Shown one piece after another: positions 29,211 through 38,535 of a stretch of 64,000 bases of DNA. Source of the stretch: Clostridia bacterium (lineage in GTDB: Bacteria; Bacillota; Clostridia; Oscillospirales; CAG-272); NCBI GenBank assembly GCA_900767415.1, contig CAAFYZ010000028.1, positions 22,987 to 86,986 on the forward strand, in the 5' to 3' direction. Within the stretch, counting starts at the first letter, position 1, and every line of letters begins with the position of its first letter. The translations under genes were made by a program, and so were the position numbers. The notes beneath the pieces were generated by a model, which ran no database searches, was not told where the DNA came from, and worked only from the letters and a program-made list of their open reading frames with translations.

Positions 29211-30485
29211 TTACGTTTTGTCCGCGATTCGGCAAAGCCAAACGGCGGTTTCCGCGCGCGTCACCTTGGCATCGGCACCGATCTTCCCGTCCGTCGTACG
29301 GAAGATGCCGCCGCTTATCATGGCGAGCACGCCGGGACGCGCCCATGCGGGCACCGTGTCCGCATCGGCAAAGGCGGCGGTATCTCCGTCCGCTTTTGCC
29401 CCCGTCAGGGCGGCGAGAATACTTGCCGCCTCGTATTTTGTCACGGGATCGTTCGGTCGGAAGAGCAGTTTCCCGCCCGAGAACGAGCCGTTGACGACGC
29501 CTATTCTCTGTGCCGTTGCCACATAGCCGCGCAGGGAGGCGGGGATCTCCCCGTCATCGTCAAAGCAGGTGGCGGTGAGCGTCGTATCCCGACGTACGCC
29601 GACGTTTTTCAGTGCCATCGCGACGAATTCCGCTCGCGTCACCGTCCCGTCGGGAGAGAAGAGCGTGTCGTCTCCGACGGGGACACCCGCCATAATCCCT
29701 TTCGCGGTCATGACCAGTGCCGCACCGTATTCCGGCCGGTCGGTCATATCGGTATAGCAGACATCGCTCGCACGGCGGTCGATGCGGATCTCCACCGTCG
29801 CGGGATAGGAGTAGTTGCCGTATTCGTCGCGTGCGACATAGCGGAAACTGTCTTCGCCCGTGTAGGTCGCGTCGGGCGTATAGCGGTATTCGCCGCTCGC
29901 TTTATCCGTTACCGAGAGCGTGCCGCGCGTCGGGTAGGAGACGACGATATATTCGAGTGCGTCCCCTTCGGGATCGGCGGCGGACATCGTGCCGAAGAGC
30001 GAGACGTTCTTCTGCGTGCTGACCGAGAGCGCGGCACTTTCCGCTCCGTCGATCTTCGGGGCGTAATTTACCTTGTCGATAAATTTCAGCGTGCAGAGAA
30101 TCTGCGCACCGCCGGCAAGACCGTCGCAGGTAAAGGAAAATTTACATTCCGTCACATTTTTCGTGGCGGGGACGAAAGCGAGCGCGGCGATGTTCTTTCG
30201 TTTGATCTTCTGCCCGACGCCGACTCTGCGCCCGGCGAAGAGGAGCGTCCCTTCGGTCGATTTCGGCAGACTTTCGACGGTCACGGAGGAGAAGTCGGGG
30301 ACGGCGAGTGCCTCCTTGAAGTCCGTGTCGGAGAACTTGATATTTTCTCCGCGCAGTCCCGTTTTGATGAGGGTGACGTCTTCGGCGAGGACGGGTGCCG
30401 CCCCGCCGAGAAAGGCGGCGCCGACGCCGACGGTAGTGCAGAGCAGCAGGGTCAGAGCAGTCAGGGTAAATAGCAGTTTTTTCAT
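29211..30485 (-). CDS. secreted SLH-domain protein with cadherin/VCBS-like Ig module
   Basis: Signal peptide, DPEGDALEY...YTP...GEDSFRY module, C-terminal S-layer-homology repeats (TRAEFVAMAL, TKYEAASIL, TRAETAVWL). Confidence 0.85.
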   Translation of the reverse strand: MKKLLFTLTALTLLLCTTVGVGAAFLGGAAPVLAEDVTLIKTGLRGENIKFSDTDFKEALAVPDFSSVTVESLPKSTEGTLLFAGRRVGVGQKIKRKNIAALAFVPATKNVTECKFSFTCDGLAGGAQILCTLKFIDKVNYAPKIDGAESAALSVSTQKNVSLFGTMSAADPEGDALEYIVVSYPTRGTLSVTDKASGEYRYTPDATYTGEDSFRYVARDEYGNYSYPATVEIRIDRRASDVCYTDMTDRPEYGAALVMTAKGIMAGVPVGDDTLFSPDGTVTRAEFVAMALKNVGVRRDTTLTATCFDDDGEIPASLRGYVATAQRIGVVNGSFSGGKLLFRPNDPVTKYEAASILAALTGAKADGDTAAFADADTVPAWARPGVLAMISGGIFRTTDGKIGADAKVTRAETAVWLCRIADKT

Positions 30486-30627
30486 TCCGTTTTCCGATTC
30501 CTTTCTTGGTTACTGTTCCTCATTTTTCCCCGAAACGCCTGCCTTATACGGAAAAGGAAAAAGAAGGAGACGCTTTTTCTCCATTTGTAAATGTTTCGCG
30601 AACCGCGGAAAAACTCTCGCTATGCGG

Positions 30628-30657
30628 TTGACAACTCTCCCGCGCGTGTGCTATAAT
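30628..30657 (+). promoter_or_regulatory. promoter of the LRR/HprK-like/PqqD operon
   Basis: TTGACA, 18 nt, TGc-TATAAT. Confidence 0.6.
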
Positions 30658-30695
30658 CAGTAAGGTAAAATCAAAGCCGAACGAAAGGACAGGAT

Positions 30696-33674
30696 ATGAA
30701 AAAAGAGGTGACCGCAGAACAGAAGGTATCGAAAGAGCCGAGAGAAGCGAAAAAACCGAAGAAGCCCCTCTCCCGCAAAGGGAAGATCGTTCTTTTCGCG
30801 GTGCTGATTGCCGCACTGCTTGCCGCCCTCGGTGTCGGTTTGTACTTTCTTTTGCGCGACGGGGAAAAACCCGCACCCGCCCCGACCGTTTTCTATACGG
30901 ACGAGTATCGCTATTCTTTTCGCGAGGACGGCTCCGTGCGCATCGTCGCATACCTCGGACGCGATCAGGAAGTGACGATCCCTGCCACCATCGACGGCAG
31001 GGCGGTCAGTGCCATCGGCACGCAGGCGTTCGCCTCTTCCTCCGTGCGGAAGATCACGCTCGGTTCTTTTCTTCGCGAGATCGGCGACTTCGCCTTTTCC
31101 GGTGCGTCCCTCCGCACCGTGGTGACGGACGACGTGCCGTTGCGCTCGCTCGGCGAGGGGGCGTTTTACGGCTGTCAGTCGCTCACCGCGATCACCCTGC
31201 CCGACACGATCACGTCCTTCGGCGACGGCGTGTTCGCGTATTGCACTTCGCTTGAGGAGATCGCGCTTCCCGACGGGATGACGTCGATCCCCGCCCACTT
31301 TTTTGAAAACTCCGGGATCAAAGATATGAGTCTCCCCGCCACCGTTTCCGCGATCGGAGACTCCGCTTTTTACGGTTGCATCGATTTGAAAAAGGTCGTA
31401 CTGCCCGCCGCCTGCACCTCGCTCGGCAAACAGGCGTTTTACGGGTGCAAGACGCTTGAGAGCGCGGATCTTTCTTCCGTCCGTTCGATCGGGGAAAACG
31501 CTTTTCTCCTTTGCGACGCACTTGCCGAATTCCGCCTTGCGGAAGACAACCCCGCCTTCGCTCTCGTGAGCGGTGCGCTGATCGATCGGGAGCGGGGGAT
31601 CGTCCTTCGCCTGCCGGGCAAGGGGACGACCACGACCCTGACGCTTCCGTCCTATGTCCGTGCGATCGCGCCCTATGCCTTCTCCGAATGTACGACGCTG
31701 ATCGCCGTCAATCTGCCCGATACCCTGACCGAGATCGGCACGTATGCGTTTTACGGCTGTACCTCTCTTTCGTCGGTGAACATTCCGTCGGCGGTCCGCG
31801 AGATCGGCGCGCTCGCCTTTATCGGTACGCCCTATTATCGGGGGCTTACCGATGAGTTTACGGTGGTCGGCGACGGAATTCTTCTGCGTTACACGCCGCA
31901 AAAGGATGCCGGCGGCACCCTGGTCGCGACGGCACACGCCACCCCCGTCCTCTCGGAGACGACGGGGAAGCCGATCGGCGTTTCGGTGACGCTCCCCGAC
32001 GGGATCCGCACCGTTTCCTCCGCTTTTTATAACACGCTCGACGCGGTGTCCGTCCGTGTACCGGAAGGGGTTACCTCCCTTTCCGCGTATGCGTTCGCGT
32101 CTTCCGTCTACCTCTCCTCCCTGACTCTGCCGTCGACTCTGACTTCGATTGGGGAGAACGCGTTCGATTCCTGCTCCCTTCTTTCGGAGGTCCGTCTTCC
32201 CGCCGCCCTTTCTTCGCTCGGCGGATATGCCTTTCTGAACTGCGTTTCGCTGACCTCGGTGAGTGTACCCGGTACCGTCGCCGAGCTTTCCCCCTATACC
32301 TTCTCCGGCTGTACCCGCCTTTCTTCCGTTACGCTGGAAGAGGGCGTGCGTCGGGTCGGCGCGTATGCTTTTTCCGAAGACGGTGCCCTTACCGAAATTT
32401 CTTTCCCGTCGACGCTGACCTCTCTCGGTGAGGGAGCGTTCCTCGCCTGCGGCTTCACTTCCTTTACCGTTCCCGACAGCGTTACCGAGGTCGGAACGAA
32501 TCTTCTCGCCGCCTGTGCTTCGCTTACCTCTCTCACCCTCGGAAAAGGGCTCTCCGCCGTTCCTTACGGCATCTGCCGCGATGCGACCGCACTGACTTCG
32601 GTTCTGATTCCCGAGGGATATATCTCCGTCGGACAGAGCGCGTTTTACGGTTGCACCGCTCTGACCTCCGTCCGCCTGCCGGACAGCGTTACCGAGGTGT
32701 CGAGTGCCGCTTATTACGGGTGTACGAAACTGACGGAGTTTCGGGCGGACAAACTCGTGAGCATCGGCGTCGAAGTTTTTCGCGGTGATGTCGCCCTTGA
32801 GAACTTCCGCCTTCCCGCCACGCTCCGCACCGTCGGGATGCAGGCGTTCTACGGTTGCAAAGCATGGAAAGATCCTGATCTTTCCCGCCTGACCGAGGTC
32901 GGGAAACAGGCGTTTTACGGTTGCGACGGCATCCGTACCGCCGACGTTTCGGGCATCGGACAGTACCTGCCCGAAGGCATCTTCGCCTCCTGCGAAGGAT
33001 TGGAAGACATTCGCTTCCCGAAGGAACTTACGCATATCGGTTACGGTGCCTTTACCAACTGCACCGCCTTGCAGAGCATCACTCTCCCGCAGCATCTGTG
33101 CAGTATCGGCGGCAGTGCCTTCGTCGGTTGCGTCTCGCTCTCCGACATCACATGGAACAAAGAACTCGTCACCGTCGGCGAGAGCGCCTTCGCCTTCGCC
33201 AACTCCCTGCGGGAAGTCCATCTTCCGAACGGCGTCAGAACCGTCGGGAAGAAGGCGTTCCAGAACTCCGACTCTCTTCTGATCGTCACCCTGCCGGACA
33301 GCGTGGAGACGGTCGGGAGTGCCGCCTTTTCGGACTGCCCCAGACTGTTCGGCGTTACACTGCCGAAAACGCTCACCGAGCTTGCCGACAACCTGTTCGC
33401 CGGCTGCGTCGACCTTACCCGACTGACGATTCCCGACACCGTCGAGACGATCGGTTCTTCCGCGTTTGACGGGTGCGAGTCTCTCTCTTCGGTCACACTG
33501 CCTCTTTCCCTGAATTATGTGAAAAAAAGTGCTTTCAACGCCTGTGCCGAGACGCTGACCGTCTCTTACGGCGGCACAGCCGACCGCCTTCTTGCCGCGT
33601 ATGTCGAAGAGGACGGCAACATCCTGCTGATCAACGCGATTCTTACGTTCGCGGAGAAGGAGGGGGCATCATGA
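30696..33674 (+). CDS. BspA-type (LRR_5) leucine-rich-repeat membrane/surface protein
   Basis: Lys-rich cytoplasmic N-terminus, one TM (IVLFAVLIAALLAALGVGLYFLL), then many ~23-aa repeats of the form I-G-x-x-AF-x-GC-x-x-L-x-x-I-x-LP. No LPXTG or SLH anchor. Confidence 0.88.
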   Translation: MKKEVTAEQKVSKEPREAKKPKKPLSRKGKIVLFAVLIAALLAALGVGLYFLLRDGEKPAPAPTVFYTDEYRYSFREDGSVRIVAYLGRDQEVTIPATIDGRAVSAIGTQAFASSSVRKITLGSFLREIGDFAFSGASLRTVVTDDVPLRSLGEGAFYGCQSLTAITLPDTITSFGDGVFAYCTSLEEIALPDGMTSIPAHFFENSGIKDMSLPATVSAIGDSAFYGCIDLKKVVLPAACTSLGKQAFYGCKTLESADLSSVRSIGENAFLLCDALAEFRLAEDNPAFALVSGALIDRERGIVLRLPGKGTTTTLTLPSYVRAIAPYAFSECTTLIAVNLPDTLTEIGTYAFYGCTSLSSVNIPSAVREIGALAFIGTPYYRGLTDEFTVVGDGILLRYTPQKDAGGTLVATAHATPVLSETTGKPIGVSVTLPDGIRTVSSAFYNTLDAVSVRVPEGVTSLSAYAFASSVYLSSLTLPSTLTSIGENAFDSCSLLSEVRLPAALSSLGGYAFLNCVSLTSVSVPGTVAELSPYTFSGCTRLSSVTLEEGVRRVGAYAFSEDGALTEISFPSTLTSLGEGAFLACGFTSFTVPDSVTEVGTNLLAACASLTSLTLGKGLSAVPYGICRDATALTSVLIPEGYISVGQSAFYGCTALTSVRLPDSVTEVSSAAYYGCTKLTEFRADKLVSIGVEVFRGDVALENFRLPATLRTVGMQAFYGCKAWKDPDLSRLTEVGKQAFYGCDGIRTADVSGIGQYLPEGIFASCEGLEDIRFPKELTHIGYGAFTNCTALQSITLPQHLCSIGGSAFVGCVSLSDITWNKELVTVGESAFAFANSLREVHLPNGVRTVGKKAFQNSDSLLIVTLPDSVETVGSAAFSDCPRLFGVTLPKTLTELADNLFAGCVDLTRLTIPDTVETIGSSAFDGCESLSSVTLPLSLNYVKKSAFNACAETLTVSYGGTADRLLAAYVEEDGNILLINAILTFAEKEGAS

Positions 33675-34417
33675 TGACGATCGGAATCGCCGGTTTGCCG
33701 ATCGGGATCGATAACCGTTATCCCTATCTGACGAACCTTTGTGAGGACTATCTGACGGACGAGCCGCCGCTCTTCACCGTCCGTGCGGACGACGACGAGA
33801 TCCGCGAGGAATCCCGCGTTTCCGGAATTCGGGACCCCGGCTGTCTCGAAAGCACCGTGGTCTATCGCGCCATCGCGCGGAAATTGCCTTATTACGACGC
33901 TCTTGTCTTTCACGGCGCCGTTCTTGCCGCGGAGGGCGGCGCGTATGCCTTCACCGCGAAGAGCGGGACGGGGAAGACCACGCACCTTCGTCTCTGGCTC
34001 TCCGAGTTCGGGGACAAGGTTCATATTCTGAACGGAGACAAGCCGATTCTTCGTTTCATCGACGGCACGCTGTATGCCGCGGGGACGCCGTGGAGAGGGA
34101 AAGAGAATTACGGAAGACGCGAGATGCTCCCCCTCCGTGCGATCACCTTCCTCTCCCGAGGAGAGGAGAACCGTATGACAGCCGCCACCCCTTCCGATAT
34201 GCTCTTTTCCTTCTTCGGACAGATTTTCCTGCCCGAAGAACAGGAGGCGACGGAGCGGACGCTCGCTTTGTCCGAGCGGATTCTCACGGAGACAAAACTT
34301 TTTCGTCTCTTCTGCAACATGGACCCCGAGGCGGCGCACGTCGCGCGGCGCGCACTGGAAGACGGGTGCATCGGAGAAATATCGGAGAAAACACAGGAAA
34401 AGGAGTCAAAAGCATGA
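33671..34417 (+). CDS. HPr-kinase-C-terminal-like P-loop protein (HprK-related, RiPP-accessory type)
   Basis: ATG 33671 overlaps the LRR stop (ATGA). FHGAVLA..GGAYAFTAKSGTGKTTH..NGDKP..GTPW pattern as in HprK-related kinases. Confidence 0.7.
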   Translation: MMTIGIAGLPIGIDNRYPYLTNLCEDYLTDEPPLFTVRADDDEIREESRVSGIRDPGCLESTVVYRAIARKLPYYDALVFHGAVLAAEGGAYAFTAKSGTGKTTHLRLWLSEFGDKVHILNGDKPILRFIDGTLYAAGTPWRGKENYGRREMLPLRAITFLSRGEENRMTAATPSDMLFSFFGQIFLPEEQEATERTLALSERILTETKLFRLFCNMDPEAAHVARRALEDGCIGEISEKTQEKESKA

Positions 34418-34686
34418 AAATCATTGACGGATTCGTCGTCCGCACCGTGGCAGGGAAATGCGTTGCCGTCGCGGTGGGAAAAGAAGCGCGCCGCGTCGGC
34501 GCGATGATCTCGCTGAACGAGGCGGGAAAGGACATTTTCGAACTTTTGCAAAAAGAAGATCTGACCGAGGAAGAAGTGGCACGCCGCCTCTCAAAGATTT
34601 ATGACGCCCCTTACGACACGCTTCTTTCCGATACGAAAGAATTTGTCGCAAAACTGCGCGAGGCGGGCGCTCTCGCGGAAAACTGA
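34414..34686 (+). CDS. PqqD-family protein (RiPP recognition element-like)
   Basis: ATG 34414 overlaps the upstream stop (ATGA). 90 aa: MKIIDGFVVRTVAGKCVAV...ISLNEAGKDIFELL...EEVARRLSKIYDAPYDTLLSDTKEFVAKLREAGAL, the typical PqqD pattern. Confidence 0.8.
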   Translation: MKIIDGFVVRTVAGKCVAVAVGKEARRVGAMISLNEAGKDIFELLQKEDLTEEEVARRLSKIYDAPYDTLLSDTKEFVAKLREAGALAEN

Positions 34687-34724
34687 AAAAGCAAATCAAA
34701 AAGAAGGAAAGATAGATTACCGTT

Positions 34725-36137
34725 ATGAACAGATCCTATGACATCGTTATCGTCGGCGCAGGTCCTGCCGGCATTTTCACCGCGATCGAGATGCTTCGCC
34801 GCGGCACCGAAAAGAAGATCCTGATCGTCGAAAAGGGGAAGGCGATCGAAAAGCGCGTCTGCCCCAAAGTGAAAACCAAAAAGTGCATGAACTGCAAGCC
34901 CTGTCACATCACGACGGGATTCTCGGGTGCCGGCGCATTCTCGGACGGCAAACTCTCGCTCTGCGAAGAGGTCGGCGGCGATCTGCCGAGTCTCATCGGC
35001 GCGGAGTACGCCAAGAAGATGATCGACTACACCGACTCCATCTACCTTGAGTTCGGTGCCGATACCCATATCGAAGGACTGGAGCACGAAGAGGAGAAGA
35101 AGGAGATCCGCCGCAATGCCATTAAGGCGGGGCTGAAACTCGTCGACTGCCCGATCCGCCACCTCGGCACGGAAAAGGCGCAGGAGATCTATTACGCCAT
35201 CGAGCAGTATCTTCTGAAGGGCGGGGTCGAGATTCTCTTCGATACCGAGTGCCGCGATCTGCTCATTACCGAAGACGAGGTCTGCCGCGGTATCGTCATC
35301 GCTACCAAGGACGGCGAAGAACGGATTGAGGCGGAAGAGGTTATCGTCGCGACCGGACGCCGCGGCGCGGAATGGCTGGAGAAACTCTGCGCCGAGCACC
35401 ACATCGCCCATCAGCCGGGCACCGTCGATATCGGCGTGCGCGTCGAAGTGCGTAACGAGATCATGGAGAAGATCAACACCGTCCTCTATGAGTCAAAACT
35501 CGTCGGACACCCTGCTCCCTTCAAGAACAAGGTGCGCACCTTCTGTCAGAACCCCGGCGGCTTCGTCAGCCAGGAGAACTACGACCACGGACTTGCCGTC
35601 GTCAACGGACATTCCTACAAGGATTTGAAGAGCAGTAACACGAACCTTGCGATTCTCGTCTCGCACAACTTCTCCACCCCCTTCAATCAGCCGATCGAAT
35701 ATGCGCAGAAGGTCGGTGAACTTACCAATATGCTCGGCGCCGGGCATATCCTCGTTCAGCGGTTCGGCGATATTCTGGACGGGAAACGCACCTGGCCGAA
35801 AGAACTTGCCGAGTCGAACGTCCGTCCCACCCTTCCCGATGCGGAGGCGGGCGACATCACGGCGGCGATGCCTTACCGCGCCATGATGAATATCATCAAC
35901 TTTATCAAAGCGGTCGATCACGTCGTCCCCGGCTTTGCGTCTTATGAGACGCTTCTGTATTCTCCCGAGCTGAAATTCTATTCCAACCGGGTGAAAATGG
36001 ACGAGAACTTTACCACCAGCGTCAGAGGTCTGCATTGTCTCGGCGACTCTTCGGGCTGGACACGCGGTCTGATGATGGCGTCCGTCATGGGTGTCATCAT
36101 GGGAAGAAAACTCATGGAAAAGGAGCAGGGGAAGTGA
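34725..36137 (+). CDS. FAD-dependent oxidoreductase (COG2509-type)
   Basis: DIVIVGAGPAGIF dinucleotide-binding start, Cys cluster CPKVKTKKCMNCKPC, GDSSGWTRG near the C-terminus. Confidence 0.82.
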   Translation: MNRSYDIVIVGAGPAGIFTAIEMLRRGTEKKILIVEKGKAIEKRVCPKVKTKKCMNCKPCHITTGFSGAGAFSDGKLSLCEEVGGDLPSLIGAEYAKKMIDYTDSIYLEFGADTHIEGLEHEEEKKEIRRNAIKAGLKLVDCPIRHLGTEKAQEIYYAIEQYLLKGGVEILFDTECRDLLITEDEVCRGIVIATKDGEERIEAEEVIVATGRRGAEWLEKLCAEHHIAHQPGTVDIGVRVEVRNEIMEKINTVLYESKLVGHPAPFKNKVRTFCQNPGGFVSQENYDHGLAVVNGHSYKDLKSSNTNLAILVSHNFSTPFNQPIEYAQKVGELTNMLGAGHILVQRFGDILDGKRTWPKELAESNVRPTLPDAEAGDITAAMPYRAMMNIINFIKAVDHVVPGFASYETLLYSPELKFYSNRVKMDENFTTSVRGLHCLGDSSGWTRGLMMASVMGVIMGRKLMEKEQGK

Positions 36138-36198
36138 GTGTTGCGCATGTGCGCGCGCCCCTCTTCCGTTGCCCTTCGGACGGCGGGGCGGATGCCGT

Positions 36199-36945
36199 AT
36201 GATGTGCGACGATGAGATCCGTCGGAATTTTGCCGCGGCGCGCCTTCTCTGCCTTTCGCAACTTCCCGCGCATGACGGCGGGATCGGCACGCTCGGGGAG
36301 AAGATACAGCACAGGATTCTGAAATATACCTTCGCACCGGACGACACCTGCCATGAGATCCCCTATCTCGGCAGTGTCGCGGATATTAAAAACGAAGAGG
36401 GAATTTTCGAGATTCAGACCCGCTCATTCGGCAGTCTTGTGCCGAAACTTGAAAAATTCCTGCCGAAAACCCGCGTTACCGTCGTCTATCCTCTCCCGCA
36501 TGAAAAAGTGCTTCATAACGTGGATCCCGTGAGCGGTGAGATTGGAAAAGGGCGGAAAAGTCCGAAGAAATGTAAAGTATACGATGCATTTTGGGAACTT
36601 TATCGCATTCGTCCCTTTCTTTCTCATCCGAATTTTCGTCTGATTCTCGCCTTTTTCGACGTTGACGAATACCGAAAAAAGACGTCGCGCACCCGCCGCG
36701 GCAGTGAGCGGGTCGAGCGGATTCCCGCCCGCTTTTGCGGGACGGTCTCCCTTGCGGGGAAAGAGGATTACGCGCGTGTCTTTCTGCCTGCGACGCTTGC
36801 CGACCCCTTCACCGTAAAAGCGTATGCGAAAGAGACGGGCATCGCCCCGCGGTATGCCGCCCTCGGCATTTCGATTCTTTCCTCTCTCGGGATTCTTTCC
36901 CACGACGGAAAAGAGGGAAGAGCATACCTTTACCGTAAACTCTGA
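36199..36945 (+). CDS. hypothetical protein, possible RecB/Cas4-like PD-(D/E)xK fold
   Basis: G-TLGEKIQHRILKY ... VADIKNEEGIFEIQTRS motif order resembles nuclease motifs I-III. Start uncertain (ATG 36199 or 36202). Followed by terminator 36951-36987. Confidence 0.55.
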   Translation: MMCDDEIRRNFAAARLLCLSQLPAHDGGIGTLGEKIQHRILKYTFAPDDTCHEIPYLGSVADIKNEEGIFEIQTRSFGSLVPKLEKFLPKTRVTVVYPLPHEKVLHNVDPVSGEIGKGRKSPKKCKVYDAFWELYRIRPFLSHPNFRLILAFFDVDEYRKKTSRTRRGSERVERIPARFCGTVSLAGKEDYARVFLPATLADPFTVKAYAKETGIAPRYAALGISILSSLGILSHDGKEGRAYLYRKL

Positions 36946-36950
36946 ACGCA

Positions 36951-36987
36951 AAAAGCCCTGCGCCAAAGACGCAGGGCTTTTGCTTTG
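36951..36987. terminator. terminator closing the LRR operon (convergent with the ARH gene)
   Basis: AAAAGCCCTGCG-ccaaaga-CGCAGGGCTTTT. Confidence 0.8.
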
Positions 36988-37006
36988 TCGATTCGGTTTT
37001 TTCGGT

Positions 37007-38464
37007 TTACCCGATCATGACGACCGGAACATATCCCGCGGTAAAGCGATCTTCTGCCGTGATTTCGAGCACGGCGCGGTTTACCGCCGCGACGGTCTCG
37101 CCGGCGTGAAGGGTGAATTCCGTCTCCGCCATGGCGGGGTCATGCGCGTTGAAGTGCGGGAGACGAAGGGCGCGGGAGCCGCCTGAGACGGTGAATCCGT
37201 CGGGGAGGAACCAGCGCAACTTCAGATTGTACGGTGCGTTGCCGTAGTCTCTCCAGTTGTTGCGGACGATGAGTTTGACCTTCACTTCGCCGCCGGGCGT
37301 GATGTCGGGCGTCGTCTCATAGATCAGGGTCGCCGACGCGTAGGCGAAATCGACGGTAAAAGAGAAGGGAAGAAGGTGACGGAGCCGTTCTTTTGTCTCC
37401 GTACCTTTCGACAGCTTTGCGGGTGCGTCGGCGGGGATCTCGCTCTCGCCATCCGTGAGCCATATATCCGCATGGTTTGCCGCGAGCAACAGGGGGGTCT
37501 GATGAGCCACTCTGTCGGTCAGCTGGGCGCAGGTTGTCGGCAGACCGTAGAGAAGACCGCGATTGATGGAGATGGTGACGATCGACTCGCCGATATGGGC
37601 TTTCCAGTCGTCGGGGATTCCTGCCATGCCGCCGAGGATGCCGAGCGTCGCGCCCACCGTCGCACCCGTGCAGTCGGTGTCGTCGCCGCAGTTGATTGCC
37701 GTAATCATGGACTTTTTGAAATCGCCTTCGCCGAAAAGAAGACCGAGGACGGTATATGCCACGTTCGAGGGGGCTTCAAACCAGCCGTCGCCGATATCCG
37801 CATTCAGCTTCAGTATGAGATCGCGCGTCTCACGCGGCGTCTTTTTGCCTTCGTAACACTCGATGACAAAGCGCACGCTCCTCGCGACGCGGCTCTCTTC
37901 GGGGATCTTGGTCAGCGCGATGTCGATGGCTTCTCTGGCAGTCTTCACGACATAGGCGGAAGACTGCATGGCGGCGACAAACGCCGCGGCAATCGTGCCT
38001 TCGCCTGCACCGTGGTCGACCGTTGCGTCCTCGATCGCGTACTTCACCGCAATATCGGGTGCGCCGGGGGCGAGAGATGCCCAGATCTCGGTACGGATCC
38101 ACGCACCGTTCGAGTGCCGCCACGTGTTGCGATAATCTCCCGAAAGGGGCGGGAACATCCCGAGCCGCATATTCGTTTTTCCGATGCCGTATTCGTTCCA
38201 GTACGGGACGATATAACTCAGCCAGAATTCGCCGAGATCCGCGGCGGTGAGACGGTAAGGACCGCGCGCTTCTAGGGCGGAGAGCCAGACGAGCTGAAGA
38301 TCGAGGTCGTCGTTCGGGAGCACGACGCTCGCGTCGGTCACAAACCCTTTGATGTCGAGATATTCCCGCCCGCCTTCATAAGGCGTACCCATGGTTCCGC
38401 CGATATTTTTTCCGATCCATGCGGCATGGAGCTTGTCGCGATAGAGGTTTTGATTCAGTTTCAT
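37007..38464 (-). CDS. ADP-ribosylglycohydrolase family protein with C-terminal beta-rich extension
   Basis: GKNIGGTMGTPYEG, DDLDLQL, INCGDDTDCTGATVGATLG motifs of the ARH/DraG family; about 150 extra C-terminal residues. Confidence 0.88.
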   Translation of the reverse strand: MKLNQNLYRDKLHAAWIGKNIGGTMGTPYEGGREYLDIKGFVTDASVVLPNDDLDLQLVWLSALEARGPYRLTAADLGEFWLSYIVPYWNEYGIGKTNMRLGMFPPLSGDYRNTWRHSNGAWIRTEIWASLAPGAPDIAVKYAIEDATVDHGAGEGTIAAAFVAAMQSSAYVVKTAREAIDIALTKIPEESRVARSVRFVIECYEGKKTPRETRDLILKLNADIGDGWFEAPSNVAYTVLGLLFGEGDFKKSMITAINCGDDTDCTGATVGATLGILGGMAGIPDDWKAHIGESIVTISINRGLLYGLPTTCAQLTDRVAHQTPLLLAANHADIWLTDGESEIPADAPAKLSKGTETKERLRHLLPFSFTVDFAYASATLIYETTPDITPGGEVKVKLIVRNNWRDYGNAPYNLKLRWFLPDGFTVSGGSRALRLPHFNAHDPAMAETEFTLHAGETVAAVNRAVLEITAEDRFTAGYVPVVMIG

Positions 38465-38535
38465 GATGAGGTATCCTTCCTTTCACGCCTTTCGGCAGGA
38501 AAAGTCTTTTGAGCCGAAAGTGTTGTGCTGTCTTT

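Noticed and set aside
36091-36198. Upstream extension of the 36199 gene (track ORF starts at 36091, overlapping the FAD gene's 3' end).
   Set aside because: The extension overlaps the preceding gene's coding end and encodes Cys/Arg-rich nonsense. The recognisable protein begins near the ATG pair at 36199/36202.
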